Assembly: GCF_964204645.1 (NCBI RefSeq)
Contig: NC_134026.1
Coordinates: 4,611,950 to 4,675,949, forward strand
DNA length: 64,000 nt
Reading direction: 5' to 3'
Source: Tubulanus polymorphus
Taxonomy: Eukaryota > Animalia > Nemertea
This document shows positions 49,530 through 63,553 of this stretch, piece after piece; position 1 is the first letter of the stretch; the number at the start of each line of letters is the position of its first letter. The translations under genes were made by a program, and so were the position numbers. The notes below the pieces were generated by a model. That model worked only from the letters and a program-made list of their open reading frames with translations, was not told the DNA's origin and made no database searches.

Positions 49530-52500
49530 ATGAGCTGTTGTGGAAATGGAAACACGAAAATTCAGCCATTGAAGGTATGTTTCATCGTTTAGGCCTATGT
49601 AATACTTTCTTATGAATTTTTGGAAAATAGGGGTTACTTTTCTAACATTCAGTCAACATGAGATGTCATTAATCTCAAATGCTTGAATGAATCATTGATT
49701 CAAATCGGGTTTCGTTGCCCTAACATTAAATCGGATTTCATTGTTGCCGGGGATAAAAATGCCGGGGAGATAGAGAAAAATGATTATGAAATAATTAACA
49801 AGCATGAATGCCGAAGAAACTAACCATTCGGCGGTCGATGTGAAAGGCGTTGGTCTTGAGGTAACATCACAGAGAAAAAGTCATCGGGAGTACAAATTTC
49901 AGGAAGTTGGCAAATTATTCTAGATTAAAGCTCGTCATTCTGAATGATTTTTTTTAAAGGATGGCCAGGTGCAGCATGATTTAGAGGATGATTTTGATGG
50001 ACCTTTGAAAAAGCGAAGTTGCCGTGATGTACCGTTTTGTATCATATTATTAGGACTACTTGGCGGAATGGTGGGCAATTAGTTTCAACCCTTTTAATCG
50101 AAGACTTTTTACTGACCCCAATGCCGATTAGGCCTATAGATAAATTAATTTTGTATCTTAATTAAATTTTAGGCTTATGTGGGCTATCTTGGCTACATGT
50201 ACGGCGACCCTGATCGGTTAATATACGGCGTCGATAGTTGGGGAAATACATGCAATAAGCCCAACGAACCTATTGCAAATATATCCGATTCGGGAAGAGA
50301 TATGACTGGACTGAAGTGAGAATTAATTAGAATACAGCACATTCCATCAACAAAACAGACAACACTCGAGTCACACCGCTGATAAATATTTTCAAAATTC
50401 TTTTTCAGAAACCTGTATTACTTCAGTATGACAGCCACCGGATTTGCGACGAACAAGCCCAAAATTTGCGTCAAGGAATGCCCAACACAAGAGCTGCAGC
50501 AAGCTGAAGACGTGGAAGCATTCGCCACCGTAAATAATTCGTATCTTTGTCATTACGACGTTTTACCAGCTGATTATACGAGTAAATTTAATTCGCTCAG
50601 CGAAGACTGTCCAATTCTTCCGATTCAAAAAACGTACGTATATAGTCGCCATATATGAAATCATAAAATCCCCATCGCATTTCAGTTATTCCTAAGACGG
50701 AACTAAGATTTGAAGTACAACATAACTTTTTTAACGAAGGCAGAGATTTAAACTTTTTACAAACACAAGCCCCACATTGCCATTGATGTTATGCTTGATT
50801 ACCATTTTATCGAAACAAGTATAATATCATGCTTACAGATACCCGGTTCTTCACAAATGTCTACCCGAAACACTCTTGGACATTGCTAAAGGGTTACTTT
50901 CTTCAATTGGTAACATTCTCAATACAATCGATACAAACTTTACCGAGGTATATTTAACAACACTGTGATTATCACTTCAACTCATTAGTCTCGACATGTT
51001 TTGACGTATCTATTTTTCTTTTCTTTTCCAGAAATTCGTAAGCGATGTGGAAAGAACCTGGATTAAGATTCTCTACTTGTGCGCGATTGGATTTGGTGAG
51101 TATACATAGGAACCAATTCTACGGTTTCGATGTCAAACAAGGGGATTGTAATTGGACTTATCTGGCTGTTAAAGGTTAAAGCAAAATTTGACCATTTCGA
51201 CTTTCTAGAAAAAAGCTTATAACAAGTACCTTGCCCTTTTTTGATATGCTCCTGGCAGTAATCCTATATTCAATACCTCAGGTGCGGCACTTTTTATGGT
51301 TATACTGATGCGGTTCGCTGCCTGTATCCTGATTTGGACGATGGTTTTCGTGTTGGCCATCGGTTCACTCGGCGGGACCGGTTTTCTTTGGTATCTGTGG
51401 TACGAGAAGAAATACGTCCACGAGATGGACGAAACTACCGTACGAAACTGGACGATATATGCAGGCGTTGCGACCGGCGTAACTGTGAGTAGAGATTCAG
51501 CATTTCGAGTCCAATCTTTAACCTAAATGCTGTTTCGAATTGAATATATTTTGCATTCATTTTAGGTGATCATTCTATTCATTTTGTTGATAATGAGAAA
51601 GCGTATACAATTGGTAAGTGCCCAACATGTCGGAAAATATCCGATTGAGAACTTCATACGAATACATCACTGATATAATTTACATCAAATACCGAACGCA
51701 ATTCTTTATAATTTACAAACATGTAGAATTAGATGCTTTATTATCTCAGGTAGTGCAACTATTCAAGGAGGCCGGTAAAGCAATAGGGAAAATGCCACTT
51801 TTGCTGCTACAACCTTTATGGGTAGGTAAATTTTCACTGCAAGTATCAACTCACCTACGATTAAAATCTAATCAATTGAATCATCTAGAGTATTTCGTTC
51901 AAACCTGTTTTCAGACACTAATCATTCTGACTGGAGTAGTAGGCGGAATGGGATATGTATTTCTTTACTTGCTTACAGCCAGTAAGTCAGTCAGCCATCT
52001 TTCGAACGTAGTCTTAATGCGTCTACATATAAAATACGCTTTATTCCTTTTCAATCTTGTAGAACATCCTACTGTCGATTATTCTACGGGATTCGTTTCC
52101 TATGAAGATGACAAAGTATTATTCGTACGTACCATTTAAAGCGAAATGAAATTCTATGTAAAAAAAAACTCTGTTATTTTGGGTGTATCAGTCGCTAGTG
52201 ATTAAGAATGTATATCTGTACTTGACTGCATTTTCATTTCAAATAGCTCTTCGTCGAGATCCGTCACATGTAAAATTAAACGACTAATATATGTCGATAC
52301 CATCTTCATCAAGAAGACGAATACTGAATTAGCTGTAAATTATTAACATGCATGATCCATACATTTCGGTCTACTAATCTCGGTTGTAATCGATAATGTA
52401 ATTTTGTGATGAACTCGACACAATCATTTAGAAAATAACCCATAATATTTCGTTCACACACAACGCTATGATATTCTTTTAATTAGGTCTGGTAAAAGAA

Positions 52501-54648
52501 CTTAAGAAATGTCGAGGACTCATTGTTGAACACGGTATATCGAAAATTCTCTAATCGATATTTTCAGTACTTGAAATGGTTCTATGTATTTGGGTTTCTG
52601 TGGTTGACGCAGTTTGTAGTCGCTTGTCACGAGATCGTTATCGCAGGAGCCATCGCAACGTGGTTCTTCACAAGGTACGTTCCATTAAAGCTCGGTCGTA
52701 TTTCGCCGTGTGTTAACAACGTTGCTTTATTACGCTCGACGGCTTCACGAGATTTCCGATATCGTTACATCCGCGTGAAACCGTCGAAAATCTCGATAAG
52801 CCATCGTCTACTCGTGTACACATCTATATGCCGAGGAAGGGCCTCGCCGGAGATCTCGCTTACGTGAATGACGACATGTTTGATTCGAAATGATTTTCCG
52901 GCTAAAAACCGAATCCCCGGTCAGCATGCCTAACTGGGTAGGCCGACCGAAATCGAGTCCTCTGAAAAGGGGACCACTTCAGAGACCGATGTCCGAGGTC
53001 ACTCAGCCCGTTCAGTGCGCGCGCACGCGTGGGCCTATACACAGAATTCAAGTTTTCAAATAATACTTTCGTGTGATTTGATTTGTTTCGATAGTTATCT
53101 ATTAATTATCTCTGAAATCAACCTTTTCTTACATTTTTCGTGCAATACGATTCATATAAGTCTCCAATCTGCTCACATTCTGCTGAAACCTCAGGCGGCT
53201 AATTTACACCGTCTTTCACCCTGTAGCAGTAAATGGCGTTATACGTTTATCCGCGCGTGATGTTTATCCCCGACAAAAAATCGCAAGATCGTTACCTAAA
53301 ACTAATTCTCTTTTCAGGAACAAAAAGAAATTAGGTTGCTGTTCGCCAATATTGGCATCGATCGGTCGACTGATTCGCTATCATTTAGGATCCGCCGCTT
53401 TCGGGTCGTTCATTATAGCCCTTGTCAAGTTTGCCCGGCTTATTCTTGCATATATTCAGAAAAAGTACGCGCCTAGCATATTCTCGCATTATAAAACCAA
53501 CGCATGTCATTAAATTCCACACAATTTATTTGCATCAGGATTTATTCATTTGAGTTATTGGATTATCTTCAGAGTCGCGGGAAAGGCTGGCCCTCTCGTA
53601 GATTTCATACTGAAATGTTTACAGTGCTGCCTATGGTGTTTTGAGAAGTTTCTGAAGTTCGTAAACCGCAACGCCTACATCGAAATAGGTAAACCTTACT
53701 ACAACCTTAATCAGTTCAAACCCGGAGCGCTTTTCTACGTTTTGATAATATGCGCGTGTATTACCACGCATTATGTGCATATATCGCTTCGTTCTGTAGT
53801 AATGTCATATTTTTTCCATCCATGAAATCATGTATTAATATGCCAGAAAATTCATGATTTATTTTTCTATTTCTATCCTAGCTATATATGGTTACAGTTT
53901 TTGCAAGGCTGCTCAAAAGGCATTTAGTCTGATTGTGAGTAACGCCCTGCGGGTTGCAGCTATCAATTCAGTCGGAGACTTTGTTCTATTTATCGGAAAA
54001 TTATCTACCGTCGGAATTGTCACTGGAATAGGATTACTTTTCTTCAAGGTATATATATACATGTATATCATCGTATTTTGTTTTTTCAATTTAACAATAA
54101 AGAATGGTTATAATCTTTACCAACTCCATATTCCAGTCTTCTGGATTTTCCTCCGGGTCAACAGCCTATATTGCACCATTTATATACTCGAATATCATTT
54201 TATTTTGGCATTTTTTCTTGTAGGATGATGAAGAGCTGTTCTATATCTGGGTCCCTTTGGTCATAGCCGGTATATTTGCATTCCTAATTGCCCATTGTTT
54301 TTTCACTGTTTACGAGGTAAGTCAATGAGGGTAGATATTTACGGTTTAATAGCGGGATATTCGTGGCTACTAACCTCGCATATTCTCATAGATGGCGATC
54401 GACACGATATTCCTGTGTTTCTGCGAAGATTGCGAAAGAAACGACGGTATCGTCAAACCCTATTACATGTCTAAGGAACTAATGGCAAGTATAATTCCTA
54501 AATGCAGTTAGAAATGAGCTTTTTGTATAAGTATATATATGTGGTTTTATATTTATATCGAATGTAGGCATTTGTGGAAAATGCGAGTGAAGCAATAAAA
54601 CACCATAAAAAACGAGAAAAGCAGTTGCGGCAGAATGAACAAACATGA
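49530..54648 (+). CDS. Choline transporter-like protein (SLC44/CTL1-like), ~18 coding exons
   Basis: MSCCG start (49530-49574); [146 protein letters not shown]; stop TGA 54646-54648. Confidence 0.93.
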
Positions 54649-55119
54649 GCAATCCACTCTTTTTGACATAACCGAATATTCGTGATTTGCACGTTTTAAC
54701 AATCCGTCCATCAATTGTGATATGTAAACCTATTGATACTAATAAAAAGTTATTGTTCTTTATCTTTCTTAAATAAACCACTTTTGAATAAATTCAGTAT
54801 CGGAGTCAGTTTACTCGGCAGAAATTGTGAGTTAATTGTTGCGGGAAAGTTAATATTTCAAACGAAGCTTTCAGCTAACACATGTATACAGTTTCGTGGT
54901 GAACCCGGTTCCTGTAGGCGCATTTTACAAATCCATTTACCTCACCGAAGTAACGGGTGGGATTAAGTCCCGACGACGGGCTGTGTTTCTGGTGAATATT
55001 GCATTACGATTGGTGGACACATATGAAAACAATATTCCATCGTAATTCTACGTATTCAAACGTCGATTCGCCGGTCCTGCTTAGTTAACACTTAGAGTCA
55101 ATGGTCTCTGCGTAGTGCA

Positions 55120-58100
55120 GTTTCTATGGTTACATCGAAATCCCGCTCCTCGAGAATAAGCTAGGTCAAAACCGATTTATTGCATTGCTCGCCGACCAGA
55201 CAACATTTCATCGTTAACATTTTTTTCGGTAAAGAAGGACGAAGTTCCATAATCACATTTGATTTTGATGGCACGAAATCTTGATGACGCGGTACCTACG
55301 CTTATCTGCTAGCCGACGAAATAATGCGCATTATAACATTGAAAATATTTAATATAAGTACAAAAAAATCAATTAAACAATATTAACGAATAACGAGACA
55401 GGAAAGGTTTTTTAGATATATACCTCCAGATATTATGTTTAGATACCTGAAATACGTAGATGAAATTGATGGCTATGGAATCTACGTGATTCATCAAACA
55501 GATGATGCTTATGTATAATATATACTTATCTAATATTATAATACAGTTTGCAAACTAAACACATGCCGCCATTACAACAACAGGTCTCTTTTGAAACGGT
55601 ATATATATATATACATACATCTGTCATTATTGACGATATATATTACTACAAAATCCGTGCCTGTTCTAATATAATATACAGGCCTACTAGATCAATTTAC
55701 CGCAAAAACGTATGCAGTTTATATGATCTGTATCCATTTATATCGGGTTTTTTTTCGGCAGGCACATGCCGGGTGGTTTTCGGTGACGACTGCGGCTAGT
55801 CGAGTAGACAACTAGACGACCCTGTTCATTAAATATTCAACGGTCGATGTTAATTTGGCTGCCGATATTTCGAGTTACGAATCATGCGTCATATTTTGCT
55901 TATGCGCAGACATTCCGGTGATTTTTGCCAGATCGCTTAATGAATCGTAATTGAATTATAAAACCATCGCATGAAAATCTATTCGAGAAAAGAAAAAAAG
56001 AAAACGTGCCAATTTTAGATCGAATTTCAACTCCATTGACGCCCACGCTTGTTCTGTATTATGATATGAAGAACTCGCTGAAATTGTTATCCATGGCAAG
56101 ATGAAGGCAGAATAATGCTGAAAATATATTTGAACCATCTGTTACAGGCTGGCTTTCGTTTCATATCTACATCCATTATGGATCGAACCGTAGGCTCGTC
56201 GTGGCCCAGGGTTTGACGTTTTAGGTTGGTGCAGACAGATCTGTCGCTGCTGCAACCATTCAACTATTTTATGGCGAGCTATGTGTCACTTTAATATGAA
56301 TACTGCAACATCCATGTAACCATGGAAACTATTTGGCGTTCAGCGAACACCTAACAGTCGCATCGCCGGTACACCACGTGGTATGTTACCGAATTATGCT
56401 GATCGTCGTGACGTCACGGTGTGCGTTCGTCGGTGTGGGGCCAAAATTGTTCTAGGAAGGTTTTATCGAAACTGAAACTCCATCGAACGCGACGCGCGCG
56501 TGTGGTTTTTCATGCCACGTTCAAAGCATAATATTTGAAGGATCGTATCACCACAGTGCCGTGATGGTGTTCATCGATTTCTGCGGTTGTATCAACCAGT
56601 AATATATCAGTTTTCGCTATCAGTTTCTAGTCGCGGGTGAAGCAACATGCCCCATCGGTTTGGCAGCGGTCGAACGCTAGTAACTATCGGCGAGTAAGTG
56701 TTGTTGCGAAGAGAAATTTCATTTGATGGCGGGCGAGCGAAAAATATGGAAAGTTAATCGAGCAGTTGATGTATAAGTGACGGCTTGGAGATGCCGTTAA
56801 TTGCCAATTGGATTACCGTGATAACGGACGTATAAACCGTTCATATTGTTTAATTAACAGGTGAGCGTTGAATAGATATCAATTCATTTTCTACATTCAG
56901 TTCGTAATATAAGAATACAGATCATAGAATATGGAATATAGTTAAACATACAGAACGATTGATAAATACTTGGAATGATAATTCTGAATAAATGAATTAT
57001 TTATTTTACGAGTGTTTATTCGCATTTTACGTACGTATTGGTGGTAGGGTTACCGTTCGAAGCTACGTAAGGAATTGATATTTGTTCATATATATTTAGT
57101 TTTTTAAGAAATCATATTCCGACCCGATGACACAGGTACCGATGACTAAGGCTGGAACCGAGGCAATATTTAGCAAAGAAACAAAGTGTTGTCATCTATT
57201 TCGAAAAAAAAACCATCTTCTATCTCCGAGATAACCTTTTATGACGTAGGATTAAACATGCACCGTACAATAGATATCACTTACATGCTCTAAATGTTAT
57301 CTGGCAAATGATTGTGTAGATCAATATATAGGGAATATCATAATCAAATGACCCCTGGCACCACACGTCATATCCACTTCCTTAACAACAGAGATTGACA
57401 CACGGTTAAATCTCATTAACTATTATGCTAGTATTGCGTGTCGTATAATGTAATTCCATTTCGGCCGGATTCTGTGGTTTCAAACACATACCGCATTAAG
57501 CATTTCAGACATATTATTAGATTCTTCGATAATTTCTGATCGCCTATTCCGCGGCATTATCGGTCATAATATAGTCTACAGTTTTGGTTGGAGTTCAATT
57601 TGAAATTCGACGAATTACGCAGGCAATTTGGTATGTTCTTCGAGCGTGTGATTCGTTCGTGATATGGTTGTTGAAGTGACGGCATCTATATTTCATCAGG
57701 AAGCTTGTCTTATTGTACGAGTACTACGGACCATTACTTCCTGCAGGTCCAGACACGTGTCTGACATTCAATTCATTCCGACGAAAACGTATATTCTTCG
57801 GCCAAATATGTCCGACGAGTCCCATGTTTCCGATAAAAACACACATATTTCGGCCAAATTTCTCCGACAAAAATACCCATTTTCGCCCTAAGTGTACTAT
57901 GTTACTATCTTAGCACGCAGTGATATAATTATACTACAGAGAACGTAAACGAAAATATCAATTAAACGATATATTCAAATGAGCTTGATTTTTCCGTTAT
58001 TTGATGGACGTTTATGCAAAAAGGGCATGAAACAAAGACTTCGAAAATACTGTTATTACAATTAACACGAATGAAGGAGTATAATTCTGAAATTAAATTA

Positions 58101-61100
58101 GAAGGAGAGTAGTTAAAATGAAGAGGTTGTTTGAAAGATGTGAAATAAAAATAAGGAGGATTATCCTCTACAAATATTGTTAGAATATTGTTACACTTTA
58201 AGTCATGACTAAGTTGCATATGTTGAATTAAAACTTGAGTTACGAATGAACGTGTATTTTTGTCGGACATTATGTTGTCAAATTCTTCAAAGTTTTCTTC
58301 TCTCACATGATTTTTACCATTTTCTCGCTAATCCCAATCTTCAGTCGAGGCAATGGCGGCATGAAACTATGGTATCATATAGACAGTATATATGGATATT
58401 ATTATATACATTAGATTGATGCAAAATGTAAACGATAATGAATTTGCCACCACGCCCTGCGAGCACAGAGCACGGCACCATTGAATCGCCCCACATATGT
58501 CAGTACTACATACGTCTTACATTTCTTAATTTCTAACGCTTCAAACATTTGCTTTGATATATTGGCATAGATAATTGGCAACGGGATGCTGATAATACGA
58601 TAATCAAAACCCAAAAGTTGGGGGTTCTCTGCTGGTGCCCCAGAAAATTCTAAAAGATTTTATTCCAATTTTCACGCATTCTTAGCGTTACCGTTTGAAA
58701 CTAGAAAAAAAATTGTACGAAGGATATTTCCAAGGGGGGGGGGTATAGCACCCCCGGATCCACGCCTGAGATGTGCCAATTGGATTGGATAAGCCGGTTG
58801 TAAGAGGCCGATCATCGCCGCTCCTATTCTAATGCCGCTTCCTATTAGATATAGAGAATGGATTTAAATGGCGTGTATTGGAATCTAGAGGCAAAAAGGA
58901 TAAAAAGATAATCATATGAATAGTGAAAAACAAGAATCACGAGTGTCGAATTGATTTTTTTTTTGTTTGAAACGACTGCGCTATTACAACATTTTGCTAG
59001 GACCATCTGTAACGCGTCTGTAGTACAAGTGAGTGAAATATGTAACTAGTGCATCGTCACAACAAACAATATTCATTGTTTTATTGCTCGCAACCGAAGT
59101 TGAACAGCTGTAAGTGTGTTCGATGAATTCAGGCTAACACCTCATGCAATGGATCATATGTATTCATCTTTTTTTCAAAATTTGAATAAATATGATTTAA
59201 TCTAATGTCAATCATTGGCTTTTTCTCGTCATCCGTAGAAACTTCGTGTTTTCCATATACACGTGTACTACTCTTTATGCAAAGCTTCGTCGGGAACCAT
59301 ATTTGAATATTTAAGGTGGAATTATTTCGACTAGTTTAGATGGTTTAACCATCGTCATTGTGTATTTCAGCGAAATTCCTTATATATAGCAAAAATGAAG
59401 CGCTTCTCGAAAACTTATAGAGTGTCAGAGCTTCGGATTTTCAAAATTGTCCGTGTTTCATGTTACACGAAAATTGCGGCCTATTAATCATATCGGCCAT
59501 CGACCGTGGAATAGTGAAAGCAATTTCTCGCTAGTGAACTCTACACGCGCGCCGAATCGGTCATCATTTATCCATCTCGCTCTTTCGATCACGGGCTGTC
59601 AAACCGGGTATGATGGGCAATGAATATGTATATATATATATAAACTGTGTGGAATCCGCTGGACCACAATCTCGGGGATTTACATCTTATTAGTATATAA
59701 TAACCTAGCCCTGTTCAAATACACATCGATATCGACAAGTGATTAATATTAGTCAAACCTCATGGATAATCATGTATATAGGTGTGTCATGGTCATGGAA
59801 TTATATGTTATGTCTGTTATCTTAAAATGGGGACTCGGCAAGGCTTGGCAATCGAGGATTCCATTTGTGGCAAGTGAGGATCCCCAAATCGTATTCGTGT
59901 TTGCAGGTCATCACCGCATTCCAAAACTATCGTTCGGAGAAAAGCTGCGCATCATAATGTTTTGCCATGTCATTCATCCGTAAAAACCGCTCGATTCGAG
60001 ACAGTGTTGGATGTATTTTCATTAACGGCGGAATCGTTTTACTTAAAGAAAAAATCCTCCGCAAATTCAAGCAATGTAAACCCACGCTTCGAATTTACTC
60101 GACGCCGGTAAAGTCGTCGACAGGGTTGGCTCTACCGCAAGGGCCCCAAGGGAATCGAGGTATTGTCGGCGCGATGGGACATGGCGCCTTTGTGGGAGTA
60201 AATCGATTTGACGCGCCAGGAGCAGTAAAATGAAACTACTCGACTACTTGAACTCGAAGATTTGTTGAACAACTGTTTATGTTAGAGCTCTGGCAACTTA
60301 TATGGGTTGTCTCGTGTTGGCGAAATGTTTTCCTCCAAACAAGTCATCGATAATTGGAAATCACGTAACGAAATGTGACTTTTGACGCCCGATGGATGCA
60401 TCACGAACCAGCCTTGTATGCAATTATACATAAACGCTAGTCATGAAGTATTGATACTGCTTTCTTGGTTTCCATGGTGACAGCTTCCATGTATTTCGCG
60501 AACGATCCCTACACCTCACTCCAGTCTCTAAGCCGAGGTCGCCGGTCTTAGGAGCTATGCAACAGGAATGTCATTTTCAGTTACCCAACACGATCTCTAC
60601 CGTTATCTACTCCATTTTATATTGATTGATGACAGAATTTATTGTATTTCATTCACATACTTGGTTTCCCATTGTTACCATCGTTGTTAAGTCCATGCTC
60701 AATGTTAATGCTTAATTCGGTTTCTATCCCCTAAAGAGAAGAGATGACGTTTTCAGCGATATCTTAACATAGCGGCAAAATGTCAAATTATGATGTTCAG
60801 CAGGCATAATCATGCTGTAATGGCTTTTCTATCGAAGTACGCATATGTACATAATGAAAAAAACATTGATTTATCTATATCCAATTCTTCATTCCAAGCC
60901 AACGCCTGACTCATCGGTTTTCATCCATGCCTGCGCTGCTTGTGATTTTGCGTAGATTATTGAGCTCGCTTCGATCTGGTTATATATAGTATTTTCACAT
61001 TTCTATTTCATCACGCAATTTAATGTTTGAATAGGATATTAATTTGCATGGGTCCCTTTGCGTTCGAGCGTGCGCGCGTAGACGCCAATCAAAATTGAGA

Positions 61101-63276
61101 CATTCAGATCATCAATCTGACTTCGTATAGTCATACTATCCCGAGGGCTCGATGAAGTTCCCGAGTGACGATGACGTGGTCGATTTTTCTGACCAGTAGC
61201 CGTTATTCGTCGTAGCCCTCGCGACGTCGGATCGAATCACGATTGATGAGTCATTCTGCCGTGTATAGATAGGTACATTCGATACAACCCGCCGGTGATT
61301 GATTTCCGCCATCGCTATTTCTGCTATGCGCAAAGAAAAAACACGGACCTACGTCGCGTCTCTGGGCGATTAGCCAGCCGAATAATACCCGACAAAAACT
61401 AAGCCATTTGAGGAAAAAACCGACCAGGAACATTCATCGTTCCTAACGAGACTTGTCATTTGTTTCGGTGCTAATTCGAATTCATCGCGATAGATTTTTC
61501 TGATCTATAGAATAATCGAGAAAAATGAATTTAAAGTGTCTTCTTTGAGGTAGGTAGCCCTCTCACCAGGGCTGTGACATGATATCAGACACCAACTCCG
61601 GTGCAGACTGTGATAATCTTCAGAAGTACGCCCCTTTCGTCCGATGATCTTTCGAAATAAAATTTAGATAATTATTTCTACTTGAAGGAGATTTTAAAGG
61701 AATTTTCATATCTGCATGATTGGGTCGATCAATTATCTCACGTGGTACAGAGCGAGACGTACTTGATGACACATTGAAATGATCTGAGAGCGTCAGGAAA
61801 CCCAGACGATAACTGTAGTAGATAGTCTATAATATCTGATAGTTGAAGTTGTTCGTAATTATGTGATCCAGTAAACGCCCGCTAGTGTTGAATTAACCGC
61901 GAGCTATTCAATGAACTCTCTCAAAGAGCGCAGTGACGAAACTAATGAAGATTTAACCCACGAATTAGCAGTAACAAGAGCCTTATCCATCGGCTTTAAA
62001 GCTGTACTTCTGCGCAAAGTTCCAATCATACGGAACACGATGTAATGTGATAAATGCCTGTACTAACACTCGCACTGTCGTGACTTCGAACCAACAAGAT
62101 CTGCATCGTGCAGAACATTTACTAATCTCAAATCGAATACGTTCTATACTTAAGTTTCGATAATCCGTCAAACTCAATCGCACCGTCGGCCGCTGTGCTG
62201 TAGTTCGTACAGCTGAACGATTTCTCGTCTACTAAAAAGCGAAAAATGCAATATGCAAAAGCCGAGTACCATCGGATGCGGTTAAAAACTTCTCGTTAGA
62301 AAAAAGTTCTTATTTGCAGTGAAAATACAGAAATCCCGAAATCTGTTCAAATACATTAAAAACATTGCAATTTTATTGTGATATGTTGCATTTTGCAGGA
62401 AGTATGTTGACTGGGCGCATAACTCGTCAGTATATACTAGTGCTGGTTTTGTTGTTTATCTAAAAAATCTGCGCTGTTTTGATATCAGGTTTATACGGCT
62501 CGGCTACAACTTATTTTACTTTATATATAAGGTTTTTACATCGGTTCTCTAGTGTACGAAGACGGCGTGTCCTTACCGAGTTGCGCAGCGATTTTCGGTA
62601 TCATTCGTAAAATCAAGCGTATAATTGCCTACCGATATCGACATTATTCGTTTCTTTCTGATAAAAGCATCAGAGGCATCACCATCGATTGCCACGCAAC
62701 GGTGCAACCGTGGAATTAACCTGCACTGATACGTGCACACTATAACGCGGGCGATTCCGTATAACGGGAAGTTTGGACGGCAAGCTGAGGGCTAGCGTGG
62801 CTAGCGTATCCTGATAAAGCTGGGAAATATTATCGCTAAAACGTTTTATTCGCGCTTAAGGCAGAGCAGGCAGCCGCGGAAATTTTTAATAAGAACGTCT
62901 CGCATCGTTTCCCTTCAGTCCGGCTGGTATTGTAGCTGGGTAATGTGAAATTCATGTTCGCGTCGCATTTTATTACATTACACGTGCACCAAAACGATCG
63001 CGGCAGTAGTGAAATAGCGCCAAACTGTAATATAAGGTCGTAACCCGGTAGCTTTTCGATGCGGGTATATCGCGGCGGCGAATCGGAGTTCGTTTGCGTT
63101 CTATAAAACAGAATCGATACATGTTGAAAAGGGTTAAAAGTTAAGACGTCGGTAAGATATACAGAATCCACTTCTATCCATCAGACTGGGAGAGATTATA
63201 GCTTACCTCATATAGCTGGAGAGTCTTACACCTGTGTGTACGACGTACAAGTTATTTAGAGAGCGCTGTGACGTCA
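55120..63276. promoter_or_regulatory. Upstream regulatory region of Shab with RFX X-box and CRE motifs
   Basis: X-box-like 14-mers at 55120, 56316 and 60468; TGACGTCA at 56409 and 63269; candidate 5' UTR donors near 56694, 56861 and 61550; acceptor ending 63463. Confidence 0.45.
57770..58270. mobile_element. Degenerate repeat element with tandem and inverted units
   Basis: Repeated ttcggccaaat...ccga(c/t)aaaaa units at 57770-57890; inverted copy gtatttttgtcgg near 58254-58266. Confidence 0.4.
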
Positions 63277-63553
63277 CGCGTTGATGACGTGTACACACAA
63301 CTCGTTTCGTCATCGCTACATTTATTGCATTACAGGCTCCCCACGCTTTAAACATCCGACGCGAAAATACACTTTTATTAAGCTATTGATGAACGCAAGG
63401 AGCTCCGGCGCCGAGGGCAATTTTATAATGGTATTGATAATTCATATGTGTTTTTATTTGTAGAACGCGGCGTAGGATGTAATACGTACACGAGTGTAGA
63501 CGTCTAGCGTTGAAGTATGTGAGGAAGAGGCGCGAGTGGAGGACGAAAGGGGC

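Noticed and set aside
53015-53026. GTGCGCGCGCAC palindrome in an SLC44 intron
   Set aside because: Isolated motif with no associated ORF or exon that I can support.
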